A stretch of DNA of 64,000 nucleotides from an uncultured Chloroflexia bacterium (GCA_963797095.1 CAWCNY010000004.1:64001-128000); one strand, 5' to 3'; shown: positions 1 to 11,800, counted from the first letter of the stretch. Translations and numbers: made by a program. Notes: generated by a model not told the origin, from the letters alone.

Positions 1-1059
1 GGCGGGAGAAACTTTGTAGAGATTCACGGTTGGCAGAAGGGAAAGAGCGAGTTGCAGGAATTTGTTGTCTTCAGTTATTAGCAGAACGTTGGCCGGGACG
101 CTTGCGCGATTGACCACCCATGCCTGGTCGTCCAGGTCCAACGCATCGATCCCGGCGAATCGCGCCTGGATTATACGCGCGCCGAGCGGTACATCTTCGA
201 TTGTGACTTCCTGGGTGGTACCTGGGCCGATCTCGACGTTGCGTGCGGTCCAGGGCACGTCATCGGCAAGGAGGTCGATGCGACGGGAAACGGATACAGG
301 TTGCGAGTTTGATACTTGCATGAAAAGGCTAAGGCCCGCCTGCTCCTTCTCAAGACTGAGGGCAGTGATGCCCTGGTTGGCACCGGCCTCATCGAGGGGA
401 TCCGAGTCGCCAACTTGTACAAAGGTGAGCGCGCCAGGTAGGGATTCTACAGCTGTATCGGCGGGAGGGAAGGCACCATCGGATATCAGCCAAACGGTGC
501 TGTTTGTGTCCCTGGCGGCCACCGCGGCGGCTAACTTCAGAGCCTGAGTCATGTCCCCCGGAGCGGCCTGGACGGAGAGGTTGTCAATGGCTGAGTTTAA
601 TCTGCCGTGGTCGTCGGTTGAGGGTACTTCTACGGTGGCCTTATCGGTTGATGTTAGGAGCATGGTAGTGGCACCTTGGGGCAGATTGTTGATGATCGAC
701 CTGGCACGGTCTTTGGCAATATCGAGCCTGGTGGGCCCGCCCGGCTCGTCGCGAGCGCCCATGCTTGCGGAAAGATCGATTATGATGACGGCGTTTTGGC
801 CCGTTGCTTCGACGGACGGTACCCAGGGACGTGCAAGAGCCAGAATCAGGAGAGTTAGGATCAGAAGCTGTAGGAGGAGCAGCGCGGACACCCGGAGGCG
901 CTGCCAGAGCGAATTTGCCTCCCGGTCACGCGTGAGGGCGCCCCACAGATGGAGGCTTCCGACGGGCGCTGTCGGGCGGCGCAACTTCAGGAGGTAAAGC
1001 GCAACAATTATGATCAGCAGGGGTAGCGCGAGTAGCGCCAGAGGCGCGAGCAAGCCCAC
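1..1059 (-). CDS. BatA/VWA domain membrane protein (runs off the window edge)
   Basis: Manual translation from GTG at 1059 gives MGLLAPLALLALPLLIIIVALYLLKLRRPTAPVGSLHLW, a BatA N-terminus. A VWA MIDAS-like DLSASM follows. Lies directly downstream of moxR. Not in the ORF track. Confidence 0.8.
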   Translation of the reverse strand, partial: MGLLAPLALLALPLLIIIVALYLLKLRRPTAPVGSLHLWGALTRDREANSLWQRLRVSALLLLQLLILTLLILALARPWVPSVEATGQNAVIIIDLSASMGARDEPGGPTRLDIAKDRARSIINNLPQGATTMLLTSTDKATVEVPSTDDHGRLNSAIDNLSVQAAPGDMTQALKLAAAVAARDTNSTVWLISDGAFPPADTAVESLPGALTFVQVGDSDPLDEAGANQGITALSLEKEQAGLSLFMQVSNSQPVSVSRRIDLLADDVPWTARNVEIGPGTTQEVTIEDVPLGARIIQARFAGIDALDLDDQAWVVNRASVPANVLLITEDNKFLQLALSLLPTVNLYKVSPA

Positions 1060-1109
1060 GTGTGAGTATCCTTAACTACAGGTAGGAGAGTCGGGACAGG
1101 GCAGCCCGC

Positions 1110-2150
1110 TTACTCCTCTTCCCTGGTTTCCTCTATGACCGATGAGATGATAGCATCGGGGTCAATCCCCTCGGCCTCAGCGTCGAAATTGAGTATTATG
1201 CGGTGTCTGAGCGCGGGTAATGCTGCGGTCCTGATGTCGCGAAACGCTACATTATATCGCCCATCAAGAAGGGCGTAGATCTTGCCAGCGAGGATCATAG
1301 CCTGAAGCGCACGAGGTGAGCCACCGTAACGCACGTAGCGTTTGACCATACCACCCGCGTTGGCGGTATCAGCGTGCGTGGCCTGTAGAAGTCGAACGGC
1401 ATAGGCTGTGACATGAGTGGCGATGGGGGTCTGGCGGGCGAGGTGTTGCATCGCCATAATGTCGCTACCCGACGCGACCTTGCTCACTGATGGCTGGTCG
1501 CCGGAGGTTGTGCGGTCGGAGATGGCGATCAGCTCGGCCGCGGTGGGAAAGGTAACGTTGAGCTTGAAGAAGAAGCGGTCAAGCTGGGCCTCTGGAAGGG
1601 GATATGTGCCTTCCATTTCGAGAGGGTTCTGGGTGGCAAGTACGAAGAAGGGGTGGGGAAGCCTGTAGATCGTGCGTGCAACAGAGACAGTGCCTTCCTG
1701 CATGGCCTCAAGCAAGGCCGACTGAGTCTTGGGTGTTGCGCGGTTTATTTCGTCAGCAAGAAGCAGGTTGGCAAAAATAGGACCACGCTGGAACTGGAAA
1801 CGGCGGCCTCCAGCCTCATCTTCGAGGAGTATGTTGGTGCCGATTATGTCGGCGGGCATTAGGTCGGGAGTGAACTGGATACGGCTGAACTCGCAATCGA
1901 GGGCTTCGGACAGGGTGCGGACCAGGACGGTCTTGCCCAGCCCGGGAACGCCTTCAAGAAGGGCATTGCCGCCCGCGATGAGGCACACTAGTACCTGATG
2001 CATTAGCAGCTTTTGACCAACGATTACTTTGCCAAGCTCATTCTCTATCCGGATTGCGAGGTCGCGGAAAGTCTCCGGCGTTATGTCGGGCAACGGCTCT
2101 CCATGGATGGCCTCGCCCGCCTCGTGCGTTCTTGGGTGCGCTGCTGTCAA
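1110..2150 (-). CDS. moxR: MoxR family AAA+ ATPase
   Basis: Walker A GVPGLGKT, RIQFTPDLMPAD, LLADEINR, ATQNPLEMEGTYPLPEAQLDRF. Confidence 0.95.
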   Translation of the reverse strand: MTAAHPRTHEAGEAIHGEPLPDITPETFRDLAIRIENELGKVIVGQKLLMHQVLVCLIAGGNALLEGVPGLGKTVLVRTLSEALDCEFSRIQFTPDLMPADIIGTNILLEDEAGGRRFQFQRGPIFANLLLADEINRATPKTQSALLEAMQEGTVSVARTIYRLPHPFFVLATQNPLEMEGTYPLPEAQLDRFFFKLNVTFPTAAELIAISDRTTSGDQPSVSKVASGSDIMAMQHLARQTPIATHVTAYAVRLLQATHADTANAGGMVKRYVRYGGSPRALQAMILAGKIYALLDGRYNVAFRDIRTAALPALRHRIILNFDAEAEGIDPDAIISSVIEETREEE

Positions 2151-2159
2151 AGGTGGCTC

Positions 2160-4220
2160 CTATTTGCCTAGCTCGGTGAAGTACTCTTTCACATACTCCT
2201 TGGCATCGGAAGGTATGTATTGCCCTTCGAGGGCCTGGGCTGCCTGTTGCGCATAAGCTCCGTAGACTTCCTTGTATGGTGTATGGATTTCGGTTCTTAC
2301 GCCCCCGCCTCGGTCAGTTGTGGTTTCGGGTGTATCACCCGCCCCGCCGCCACGTCCTTCTATGCCGTCCTGGTTGGGATCTCCAGGCGCGGCCTGACCG
2401 GGAATGTTGCCGTCATTGCCAGGTTCAGAGGCGCTCCCACCCGACGTGGAAGGTCCGGCGGTTGGAGGTATGTAGAGTGCGTCGCCGGAATCGCTATTAT
2501 TCGTGGAGCCGCCTTGCGGGCTCACTCCGCGCCCGGATGGGTTCTGGACCTGGCTGATGGCACCGTTTGCGCCGCCAACCGGGCCTGTCACCTGACCACC
2601 GAACGTCCCCTGGCTGTCTCCCGTACCTCCACCTGCAGACCCGCCGGGCTGGCCCCCACCCTGACTGCTGCCGGCGCCGCCGCCTCGCGACCCACCCTGC
2701 GAGTTCCCCTGCCCGTTGGCACCGGCAGCCGTCTGGCCGCCGCTAGCCTGTGAGCCTTTGGAGACGTTGAAATCAGGCGAGTTAAGGCCCATTTGTTGAC
2801 CGAACGCACTTGGGTCGTTCTTTGAGATGCCCTGAGAGCCATCGGTGTTTGAGTCGTCACCATTGCTTGGTGCCTGGCTAACAGGCGCGGGGGTTCCACC
2901 GCCGGCCCCGTTGGAAGCCTGTGTCGGCGCACCGGGCCGCCGGAATCCAACCTGGCCCTTATTGACCTCTTGTGCGCCTGCCTGTGCGAGCGCCTGTCTA
3001 CCATCATCGAGGTCGGCAAGGGCTTTTTCGACAGCGCCAGCCAACTGCCAGTGTTTATCAGCAGCCAGGAAGCTGTCTGAGACTGACTCCAGGGAAGAGG
3101 CGCTCTTCTCCAGATCTTTGACACTAACTGCTTGCGAGGAGTCGAGCAGGTTCTGGGCAAGGGTTGCATCCTCGGGGGCGGCTTGCCCCTCAGCGCGTTC
3201 GAGGCCCTCGGAGAGTGCGCGCAATTGGGCGCTGTTCAGGTTCACGATCCAGCCTGATAGCGTTCGTGCAGCATCGGCTGCCTTGCCCAGGTCTGATAGG
3301 TCGGGGAAGTTGTCGGGGCTCCAGGCTAGATCAACCGCCGATTGCACGGTACCGTTTCTAACTGCCGCGACGGTGGAGTTTTGGACGGTCTTGGCGGCTG
3401 CGATTACGCCGAGGAAATCGCTTGGGGCCTGTGGGGAGAGATCGTGTAATCGCTCTTGCGTATCGGCGATAGCTGCCAGCATTGCAGACCTATCGATCTG
3501 AGGGGTTGCGAGAATATCGAGCAGCCTCTGTAGCTCGCGATTGATGGACGCCTTCGAGGCATCGTCCAATCCCGGGCGCTCTATTAATTCAGCCCGGAGT
3601 TGCTCGACCTGAGCTATTTCGTCCCGGACAGCCCGTTGCAATTCGGCTCGCTCGGCACGAACCTGATCCAGCGGGGTAGGCAGGAGGATTGCGCCGACCA
3701 GAACAAGAAGAGCAGCGCCAACCGCGGCCCACTGCCACCTCCGCAGAGAGTAACCCCAGCCTGACGGAAGCATATTTCGCTTCGTGTGAAGGTGGAACGC
3801 AGTGTCGGCAAGCATGGTACGAGGCAGACGCACGCGGCCTACATGAAGGCCAGCGACCGGGGTGGAGCGCACCAACTCAAGGCTGGTCGCAACACGCTCG
3901 TCGAGACCCAACGCCCGGTCAAGGTAACGGGCAGATTCACCTGAACCGATTCGGCGCGTGCTGCGCACAACCACTAGGGCCAGTAGCCAGCTCATGGGGA
4001 AGAGCAAGGCGGGCCATTTCGGGAGGTCGATCAGAGTAAATCGGACGAGTAGCACCCAGAGAGTGGAGAGCAGTGTAGCCAGCCACAGAGTGGCGGCAGC
4101 AAAGACTATAGTCTCTCTCCTGGCAAGGGTCTTGCGCGCGGCCCTAAGTGAGTGGTCGAACTCGGCCAGCCACAATTCGCCTTGTGCGTTGTCTCTAAGC
4201 TCAAAAGGTAGGACGGACAT
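2160..4220 (-). CDS. MoxR-cluster membrane protein with coiled coil and Gly/Ser/Gln-rich tail
   Basis: N-terminal TM helices, LDRALGLDERVATSLE motif, Gly-rich linker, C-terminal IPSDAKEYVKEYF typical of MoxR-associated proteins. Confidence 0.75.
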   Translation of the reverse strand: MSVLPFELRDNAQGELWLAEFDHSLRAARKTLARRETIVFAAATLWLATLLSTLWVLLVRFTLIDLPKWPALLFPMSWLLALVVVRSTRRIGSGESARYLDRALGLDERVATSLELVRSTPVAGLHVGRVRLPRTMLADTAFHLHTKRNMLPSGWGYSLRRWQWAAVGAALLVLVGAILLPTPLDQVRAERAELQRAVRDEIAQVEQLRAELIERPGLDDASKASINRELQRLLDILATPQIDRSAMLAAIADTQERLHDLSPQAPSDFLGVIAAAKTVQNSTVAAVRNGTVQSAVDLAWSPDNFPDLSDLGKAADAARTLSGWIVNLNSAQLRALSEGLERAEGQAAPEDATLAQNLLDSSQAVSVKDLEKSASSLESVSDSFLAADKHWQLAGAVEKALADLDDGRQALAQAGAQEVNKGQVGFRRPGAPTQASNGAGGGTPAPVSQAPSNGDDSNTDGSQGISKNDPSAFGQQMGLNSPDFNVSKGSQASGGQTAAGANGQGNSQGGSRGGGAGSSQGGGQPGGSAGGGTGDSQGTFGGQVTGPVGGANGAISQVQNPSGRGVSPQGGSTNNSDSGDALYIPPTAGPSTSGGSASEPGNDGNIPGQAAPGDPNQDGIEGRGGGAGDTPETTTDRGGGVRTEIHTPYKEVYGAYAQQAAQALEGQYIPSDAKEYVKEYFTELGK

Positions 4221-4434
4221 GAACCCTCACAGGCATCATAGTAATAGTATCCGTTGGGAGGTCACCATGTTGGCGTCTAAAGGGTGTCCCTTATATTCTA
4301 CCACTTTCCCCTGGCATTAGTTCATTTGGACATTGGAAGGGGGTCAAAGAAGCCGATCCCTACTGTCTGGCGCGCCACACGTGGACTCGCAGGGAGCGCT
4401 GGTTTATAATTGGTTTGTAGAGGAGACCTGCTCC

Positions 4435-4815
4435 ATGGCCCAGGAAGTTAATGTTGCCATACTTTATGTCCCTTGCGGCTCGGAAGAGGAAGCGGCAGGA
4501 ATCGCCACGCAGTTGCTTGTGGAAGGTTTGATCGCTTGCGGCAACATTGTGCAATCACGTTCGCTCCATTTGTGGGAGGGCAGCCTCGCAGACGAGAAGG
4601 AACATATCCTTCTGTGCAAGACCACCAACCAGGCGAAAGAGGCTGCGCAGCAGCGTATAGAAGAACTGCATAGTTATGATGTACCGTGTATTATCAGTGT
4701 GGGACCGGCGTCGGTGAACGGCGCCTATTCTGAGTGGGTGATCAGTATGGTAAGTGCGGGTGCTGGCACTACTGTGGAGATGGCGAATTCTGCGCGCAAT
4801 GAGGCTGAGAGATAA
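4435..4815 (+). CDS. cutA: Divalent-cation tolerance protein CutA
   Basis: [22 protein letters not shown] motifs. Start placed at ATG 4435 after a GAGGAG SD. Confidence 0.9.
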   Translation: MAQEVNVAILYVPCGSEEEAAGIATQLLVEGLIACGNIVQSRSLHLWEGSLADEKEHILLCKTTNQAKEAAQQRIEELHSYDVPCIISVGPASVNGAYSEWVISMVSAGAGTTVEMANSARNEAER

Positions 4816-5414
4816 TGGAAGTGTTTGGCATCGGGTTGCCCGAACTGTTGCTGATTGGGGTTATCGCGCTGATCGTGCTTGGACCGGAGCGGCTGCCGGA
4901 AGCGGCCCGCACCCTGGGAAAAGGGATCGCTGACTTCCGCAGGGCTATGGAGCCAGCACGAAGTGCCTGGCGAGACTTGACAAGCGAGATTACGAATGTT
5001 GGGACCGAGGTGGTGGTAACTGCAAGAACAGCCACTGGCGCGGCCAACAATATGCTGAAACCGACGCGCAAGGGAGAGGTTACAACCGCGATTCCATCTG
5101 ATAATCCCTGGAAGGTACACCCGATTATGGAAGGGATGACACCGGAGGAGCGTGAGCATTTCATGGCGGGAGGGGAGATACCGCCGCGTATTCTTGAAGA
5201 GATGGCGGCGAAGCAGGCGTCATCCACCAACGGGCGGGCGTATATACCGGAGGTTGTTGACCTCGATTATCCGATTCCGCACACGAAGTCGGCAAGTGCG
5301 GCTGCATTGTCTGTCTCGGAAGATGTCGAAGAGATTGACTACCCCGATACTCGAAATAGCGTATCCATGCCAAGTGAACCGGAGGAGACCAAGCTTAATG
5401 AACAAGACACATAG
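4815..5414 (+). CDS. tatB: Twin-arginine translocase TatA/TatB subunit
   Basis: [26 protein letters not shown]. The Glu in the TM and the long C-terminal tail favour TatB. Confidence 0.85.
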   Translation: MEVFGIGLPELLLIGVIALIVLGPERLPEAARTLGKGIADFRRAMEPARSAWRDLTSEITNVGTEVVVTARTATGAANNMLKPTRKGEVTTAIPSDNPWKVHPIMEGMTPEEREHFMAGGEIPPRILEEMAAKQASSTNGRAYIPEVVDLDYPIPHTKSASAAALSVSEDVEEIDYPDTRNSVSMPSEPEETKLNEQDT

Positions 5415-5613
5415 ACGTGCTATTCAGAAGCATAGAGCCAAGAAACTGAAGATCGCACTCAGGCGCAAGATGGAATCGAGCCAACAGGCTGGGGGGTTGG
5501 CACACAGCCGGGGCGGAATGAGCGCGGCATCTGCCGGTGCGCAAAGGATGAGGTCGGGGTCCAGGCGGCGGAACGAAGAAGCAGGTGGGACCGAGTCCGA
5601 ATCTGAGGGCTAG
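5398..5613 (+). CDS. Small basic hypothetical protein (71 aa)
   Basis: ATG 5398 with GGAGGAG upstream. [24 protein letters not shown]. Fills the gap up to the convergent NUDIX gene. Confidence 0.6.
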   Translation: MNKTHRRAIQKHRAKKLKIALRRKMESSQQAGGLAHSRGGMSAASAGAQRMRSGSRRRNEEAGGTESESEG

Positions 5614-6144
5614 TTACACACCTATTTGATTCACCCAATCGGCAAGTACTGCCTCGGTGCTTGGAAAGGCCAGCCCATCCCAGGGTATAGCGTCGGGAGC
5701 GAACAAGCCGACTTCAATGGCTTCAGTTGTGAGCACGGGCTGAGATTCGGCGTCGAGCAAGCGAGCAAGATAGACCACATTGACCACGTGGCTGCCGGCT
5801 CGTGAATAGACGCCGAAGAGGTTGACGATCTCGATTTGCAAGCCGACCTCTTCGAGGGTTTCTCTCTTTGCTGCATCGGCAGTGGTCTCGTCAATTTCCT
5901 GGTAGCCTGCGGGATAGGTCCAGCAGCCGTATCGTGGCTCGATGCCACGCCGGAGCAGCCAGACCTTACCATTGACTACTGGGAGCGCCCCGCTCACTAT
6001 CTTCGGGTTCAAGTAGAAGACATGACCGCAGGAGGCGCAGACCAGGCGCGGGCGATCCTCGGTCGCTAAATGCGCTTCGACTAGAGGCGCCCCACACACG
6101 GGGCAATAATTGAATGATGAAATGGGATTCACTGCAAAGTCCAA
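5614..6144 (-). CDS. NUDIX hydrolase with N-terminal zinc ribbon
   Basis: CPVCG...CASCG and Nudix box PAGYQEIDETTADAAKRETLEEVG. Confidence 0.92.
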   Translation of the reverse strand: MDFAVNPISSFNYCPVCGAPLVEAHLATEDRPRLVCASCGHVFYLNPKIVSGALPVVNGKVWLLRRGIEPRYGCWTYPAGYQEIDETTADAAKRETLEEVGLQIEIVNLFGVYSRAGSHVVNVVYLARLLDAESQPVLTTEAIEVGLFAPDAIPWDGLAFPSTEAVLADWVNQIGV

Positions 6145-6349
6145 TGTAGCGACAACAGGCCGAAGATGTCAAGCCCACGCGACGTACCAAGGTTGTGTTT
6201 TTGTTGACTTGCTTCGTGTCCTGTATGTGTGTTAAACTTCGGAATCAATGGGAGTTCGCTATACTCTATCTCAATATCGTCCGTGACCCGGTGGCGGGCA
6301 AGGCCGGTAAGCTTGTCGTGCCGCCTCGAAGCCTGTCAGGAGCCTCCAT

Positions 6350-8845
6350 TTGTCCCTCGTAAGTAACGCCGACCAGGAGTTGGAATTCGAATACGAACTG
6401 GTCAATGAAGAGAGGCGACCCTTCTGGGTGCGCTACAGTACCATACTTATCCTGGCGGCTATTCTAATAGTCGCTGCCTTCTTCCGTTTCTACGACCGAA
6501 ACTTTGACCAGGGCACTAGCCAGCACCCCGATGAAATCGCAATCGTGGGGCACACACTTGGGCTGACCTGGCCGACATCAATTCAGCAGGTATTTGATCC
6601 GCAGAATAGCCCGCTGAATTTACGCGCCCACGACCGCTATCCCTGGGGGTCGCTGCCGGTCTATATTTCACGAACGGCGGCATGGGTGGCCGACCAGATC
6701 GCCCCAATCTTCAACCCCAGTATCAAGGGCTACTATTTGCAGGATTATCTCGGGGCGCAGATGGTCGGGCGGACGATGGCCTCGATCTTCGATCTGATCA
6801 GCATCTTGCTGGTGTTTCTGATCGCGCGCAGGCTTTTCTCGACACGAACCGCGCTTATTGCTGCCGCGCTTGTCGCCTTATCGGTCACCAACATACAGAT
6901 TGCGCACTTCTATATCACCGAACCCTTTATGGTCGCCTTCATGTTGGCCGGGCTTTACTTCTGTGTTGTGCTAATGCAAAAGCCTTCGTGGTGGGCCGCC
7001 GCGCTTGCGGGCCTGTTTGTCGGCTTCTCTGTAGCCTCGAAAGTTACGAGCGCGCTCATTTTCTTGATGATTATTGCGGCAATCGTGTTGCGAGCGGCCT
7101 ACAGGAAGCGCAGCCGGACGTTGGGAGCAGAGCTGGACGACCCGGTCGGGGTGGTGCCTGCCTCGACTGAGGAACGGTCGCTCACATTTGGACAGCACCT
7201 GCGGCGCGGGCTTGCGCGCTACGCAGTAATTGGCGCGCTTTTCACGCTGATAGGCTTCCAGATAGGCGAGCCATACGCGCTGTGGCAGTTCGACTTTTCC
7301 CGGTTTCATGCCGCGCCGGGGCAAGCTGATACCATCCAGAACGCCTTGCAGAACTTCATGGAGACCAACCCGTGGGGATTGGGCATTGTTCAAGAGGCCG
7401 GATATCAAAGCGGGTCCGACCAGGCAGACATACCTTACACGCGCCAATATGTGGGCACGGTGCCGGTGCTCTACCAGTTCGAGCAGGTGGTGTTCTGGGG
7501 CGTTGGCGTAGTGCCTGGATTGATTATGGTGGCGGGGATATTGGTGGCGTTGTGGCTTGCTCTCAAGCGCAAGCCAGCAGAGATATTGCTGCTATCATTC
7601 GCTATACCTTACTTCGCCACCATCCTGATCGGCGAAACGAAGTGGATGCGGTACATGCTGCCGTTGGTGCCAGTGTTTGCAATTCTGGGGGCGGCACTTC
7701 TGGTACGCGGGGCGGTGTGGGCCGGAAAACGATGGCCGAAGAGGAGCAGAGAGCGGGCACTCAGCGTGCGGTCGCTTCAGCGAAATCTGTTCCCGATCTT
7801 GACGGTTGGGGCATTATTGTTCTCACTGCTCTGGTCGATCGCCTATTTCAACGTGTACACGCATGATCATACGCGCGTGCTTGCGGGCCAATGGGCCGAT
7901 AATAACCTTCCTGCCGGAGCTTCGATCAGCAGCGAGGGATGGGACGCAGGGCTACCCGGCTTACAGGGGTTCACGCAGGGAGATCAGTACACCTTTAACC
8001 TATATGATGATCGCCCATTGGAGGACGAGTTCAACTATATCAAGGACTTGTTGGGTAGGGTTGATGTGATCGCGATCGCGAGCGACCGGCTTTATGGGTC
8101 GATTCCGCGCCTGCCGTGGCGTTATCCGGTTCAGACGCAGTTCTACCAGCTTCTGTACGCCGAGAAACTCGGTTATGTGCGCGTGCACACCGAGCAAGTA
8201 ATGCCGGAGATTTTCGGCATCCAATTCAACGACCAGTTGGCGGACGAAAGCTTCACGGTTTACGACCACCCTCGGGTGGATATCTTCCAGAAGGTGACCA
8301 CGCTGACTGACGACCAGTTGCGGCTGCTATTCAGCACATCGCTCAATTTCCCGCTTGAGGAATACAGTACGGCACGGCACGGCTCATTGGAAGATGACAA
8401 ATCGTTGATGTACGGGCAGCCTATTGCCGATCAGCCTGCAGTCGGAGACTACTCGTGGAATCCGCTGGCACAGGAGGACACGCAGTGGATAGGTGTCTTC
8501 TTGTGGCTGCTTGCTGTGTATGTCATCGGGTTTGCCGCCATGCCGGTCATATTTACTGTGATGCGGCGACTACCGGACCGGGGCTACGCATTTGCCAAGG
8601 TGGCGGGGTTGCTGGTGGTGTCGTGGATCGTCTGGATGCTGGCTAGCGCACATTTGGTGCCCTTCACTGTGTGGAGCGTGGTGTTCGCGCTGGCGGTGCT
8701 GGCGGGGATTTCTGTGCTGCTGTGGAGGCTGGGAGCGCGGGGTGAAATCATCGACTTCATGAGGCGGAAGCGAAGTCTTGTGGTGTTTTACGAGGTGATT
8801 TTCCTGCTTTCGTTCGCCGCGATGCTGGTGGTGAGGAATGCTTAA
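6350..8845 (+). CDS. GT39/PMT-like GT-C glycosyltransferase; probable N-terminal part of a GT39-DUF2298 fusion
   Basis: HPDE motif, many TM helices, DESFTVYDHPRV. Ends mid-domain at ...MLVVR-NA*. Confidence 0.8.
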   Translation: MSLVSNADQELEFEYELVNEERRPFWVRYSTILILAAILIVAAFFRFYDRNFDQGTSQHPDEIAIVGHTLGLTWPTSIQQVFDPQNSPLNLRAHDRYPWGSLPVYISRTAAWVADQIAPIFNPSIKGYYLQDYLGAQMVGRTMASIFDLISILLVFLIARRLFSTRTALIAAALVALSVTNIQIAHFYITEPFMVAFMLAGLYFCVVLMQKPSWWAAALAGLFVGFSVASKVTSALIFLMIIAAIVLRAAYRKRSRTLGAELDDPVGVVPASTEERSLTFGQHLRRGLARYAVIGALFTLIGFQIGEPYALWQFDFSRFHAAPGQADTIQNALQNFMETNPWGLGIVQEAGYQSGSDQADIPYTRQYVGTVPVLYQFEQVVFWGVGVVPGLIMVAGILVALWLALKRKPAEILLLSFAIPYFATILIGETKWMRYMLPLVPVFAILGAALLVRGAVWAGKRWPKRSRERALSVRSLQRNLFPILTVGALLFSLLWSIAYFNVYTHDHTRVLAGQWADNNLPAGASISSEGWDAGLPGLQGFTQGDQYTFNLYDDRPLEDEFNYIKDLLGRVDVIAIASDRLYGSIPRLPWRYPVQTQFYQLLYAEKLGYVRVHTEQVMPEIFGIQFNDQLADESFTVYDHPRVDIFQKVTTLTDDQLRLLFSTSLNFPLEEYSTARHGSLEDDKSLMYGQPIADQPAVGDYSWNPLAQEDTQWIGVFLWLLAVYVIGFAAMPVIFTVMRRLPDRGYAFAKVAGLLVVSWIVWMLASAHLVPFTVWSVVFALAVLAGISVLLWRLGARGEIIDFMRRKRSLVVFYEVIFLLSFAAMLVVRNA

Positions 8846-11800
8846 TCCCGACGTGTGGCACACGGTATTTGGCGGCGAGAAGACTATGGAGTTCGGGTTC
8901 CTCAACGCGACGCTGCGAAGCCCATGGATGCCGCCTGCTGACCCGTTCTTCGCCGGGGGATACATCAATTACTATTATCATGGTCAGTTCATTATCGCCT
9001 GTCTTATTAAGTTGATCGGGATCGACCCGGCAATCGCGTTCAACCTGGGACTTGCCATCATTTTCGCGCTTACTTTTCTGGCAGCGGCCTCTATCGTTTA
9101 CAACGTGGTGGCGTGGAGCCGCGCCAGACGTGGCAGCCTTTATGAAGTGTCGCGGGTGGGGATGACGTTCGCCTTGCTTGGCGGAATCCTGATGATGGTT
9201 ATCGGGAATTTATCGACTATTGTGCAATATGTCTGGGTTATCTTCCCCGGCACCGCGAATACTCTCATGGAGTGGGGACGCAACCTTGGGTTTACGACCG
9301 AGGGTCTGGCGTGGGGTGCCCGCCCTGAGTTCTACTTCTGGCCTCCGAGCCGAGTGATCACGAACACGATCAATGAGTTCCCCTACTGGAGCTTCCTGTA
9401 TGGGGACCTGCACCCGCATTTGATAGATATGCCGTTCACGCTGATGGCTGCCGCAATCGGCGTAAATCTTGCGCTGGCCGGGCGTTACATGCTGTCGGGC
9501 GTGGGTACGGGCGTGAGCAGATTCGCAGACCTACGGGTTCGAGTAGTATCCGCGCTACAGTGGCTCTGGGGACGGGGAGGAGCAGGCGTACTGTCTTTTG
9601 GCTTCACCGCGTTATCGTTGGGCGGGTTGTTCGTCACAAACTCGTGGGACTTCCCGACCTACGCGGGACTGCTTGGGGGCGCGGTCTTTATTGCACTGCT
9701 CTTGTCACGCAAGGCGAGCCCCACCGATGTTGATGGGCGGATTTTGGACGCGCCAAAGGTCGATAGGCCGCTGGGGTTCAGGGGTGGGCTCACGCTCACA
9801 ATCACTGCATTTGTGGCCGTGGGGGCTGTGGCCGGATTGGCCGTCCTGGCTTACTTGCCGTTCTTCTTGAACTTCAAGGCGTTCTTCACCAGGTTGATGC
9901 CCCTGGTTGACGGGGGGTTGATACCCGGTACCGGCACGATCATGCACCGCACGACGATATGGGAGTTCCTGGGCGTGTGGGGCATTTTCTTGTTTATCGC
10001 GCTGTCTTATCTTGGTGCCCGCCTCTGGAACTTCCCGTGGCGCGCGGCGCTTGCCGACCTGTTAGGCTTGGTGCCAATCGGGCGCGATGCTGCCGGGCAA
10101 CCGAACTTGAGTCCCGCAAGCCCCATTATGTACGAACCAGAGGGCAGGCGGCCACCTGGTCTGTTCTTCCCGATGCGAAAAGCTCGCAGGTTTGAGCTGG
10201 CCCTGGCTTTTTCGGGGGGATCGGGTCCGGCAAATGGCAGCTCAGACATGTACTTCCGTGCCGCCGACCAGACCGGGGATGACTTACGCGAGGCACAGGG
10301 CGCGGATAGTGAGGCCACCGAGGGAGATGGAAGCGTACCTGTAGAGACGGTTTCAGAGGTAGACGAGGTCAGCTTGTCCAGGACCAGCAATTCGGATGAG
10401 AGTGCAGGTTCTTCGTATGATGCAATTCTCGCGCTGGTCGGCGATCGCGAGGGCGGCGGGATCCAGGACATTGTAAGGGTGGACGACGCGATAGATGCCG
10501 TGGGTGAGAATGGCAGAAGTAGAGAAGTCGAAGTGGTGCCTGCGCCTGCGGTCAACAATTGGGTTGCCGAAGCGCACCATGAAGTTCGACGCCAGCGTGT
10601 GGCTCCGGTAGGCGCGGCTAGCTACCAACCAGGCGTAATACCGTTGTGGGCGGGATTTGCGATCCTTGCGGCAAGTGCCGCGCTGACGGCGCTTCAAGTC
10701 GCCACCGGGCAGCAGGTGCTCGCGTTGCTTGTGGCGCTTATCGGGGGACTTATCGGCACGCTCTTGAGCACGACGCGTTCGGGGGCGGCTCTTGCGGGGG
10801 GACTGCTCCTGGTAGTCGGGCTGATTGTGACGCTCGGGGTTGAAGTGGTCTATTTGAGCGATCATCTGGCCGGTGGCGATCTCTACCGTATGAATACGGT
10901 GTTCAAGTTCTATGTACAGGCGTGGGGCTTGATAGCAATCGGGGGAGCAATCGCTGTTTACTACATCCTGTACGGCGTTCGCGACCGTACCGAGCCTGAA
11001 CCCGATGTAGAGCGCGAGAGGGTCGATGAATCCCCATCGCCAGACGAGTATGATGACTTTGACTCACTACACCTGGCAGACCACGACGCGGACCGCTCGG
11101 TACACCCGAACGGGGCAGTTGAAAGCAACAGCCACGAAGCCAGCCGGGTGACCGTACCATTGCCGGGCACGCATCCTACAACTAACTGGCTCGTGTGGTC
11201 GACCGAAGATATAGCTGGCACGAGCATACCGACCACGGAGCCCGCGGACTCTGAGGCTACATCAGCAGACGGCACGCCGACAGCCCCTCTTGAGGAGAGC
11301 ATACCATCGCTGGTTACACGCCCTCTCCAGACGAGAAGTGACGCTCAAATGCAAGAGGAGGCGAGGGAGGTTGAGTATTTGGAGGAGCCCATACCTGAGC
11401 CTGTGGAGCAGGCGTTGGGCCTCTTGAACATCCGGTGGACCGCCAGCCGAATTGTGTGGGCGGCGTTTGCAATACTTTTCTTGCTGGTCGGGTTTATTTT
11501 CCCGATATATGGAACGCCCTCCAAACTGAAGGAGCGTATTCAGCCTGACACTCCGATTGGGACGCTGAGCGGTCTGAGCTACATGCAGAACGCAGTCTAC
11601 AGTACCGATCAAGCCCCCTTCCCAATTGAAATGAAGTACGACTACGAGGGGATCAACTGGCTCAACGCTCATGTAAATGGGCTAGCTACGATTGCCGAGC
11701 TGCCCGCTGAATACTACCGGGCAGGCGGTATGCGTGTGGCGTCGAACACAGGGCTGCCGATGGTTATAGGTGGATTGCACCAGGACGAGCAGCGCGCCGA

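Noticed and set aside
1060-1109. Missing DUF58 gene between moxR and the BatA-VWA gene
   Set aside because: Order varies in these clusters and the operon continues beyond the window edge.
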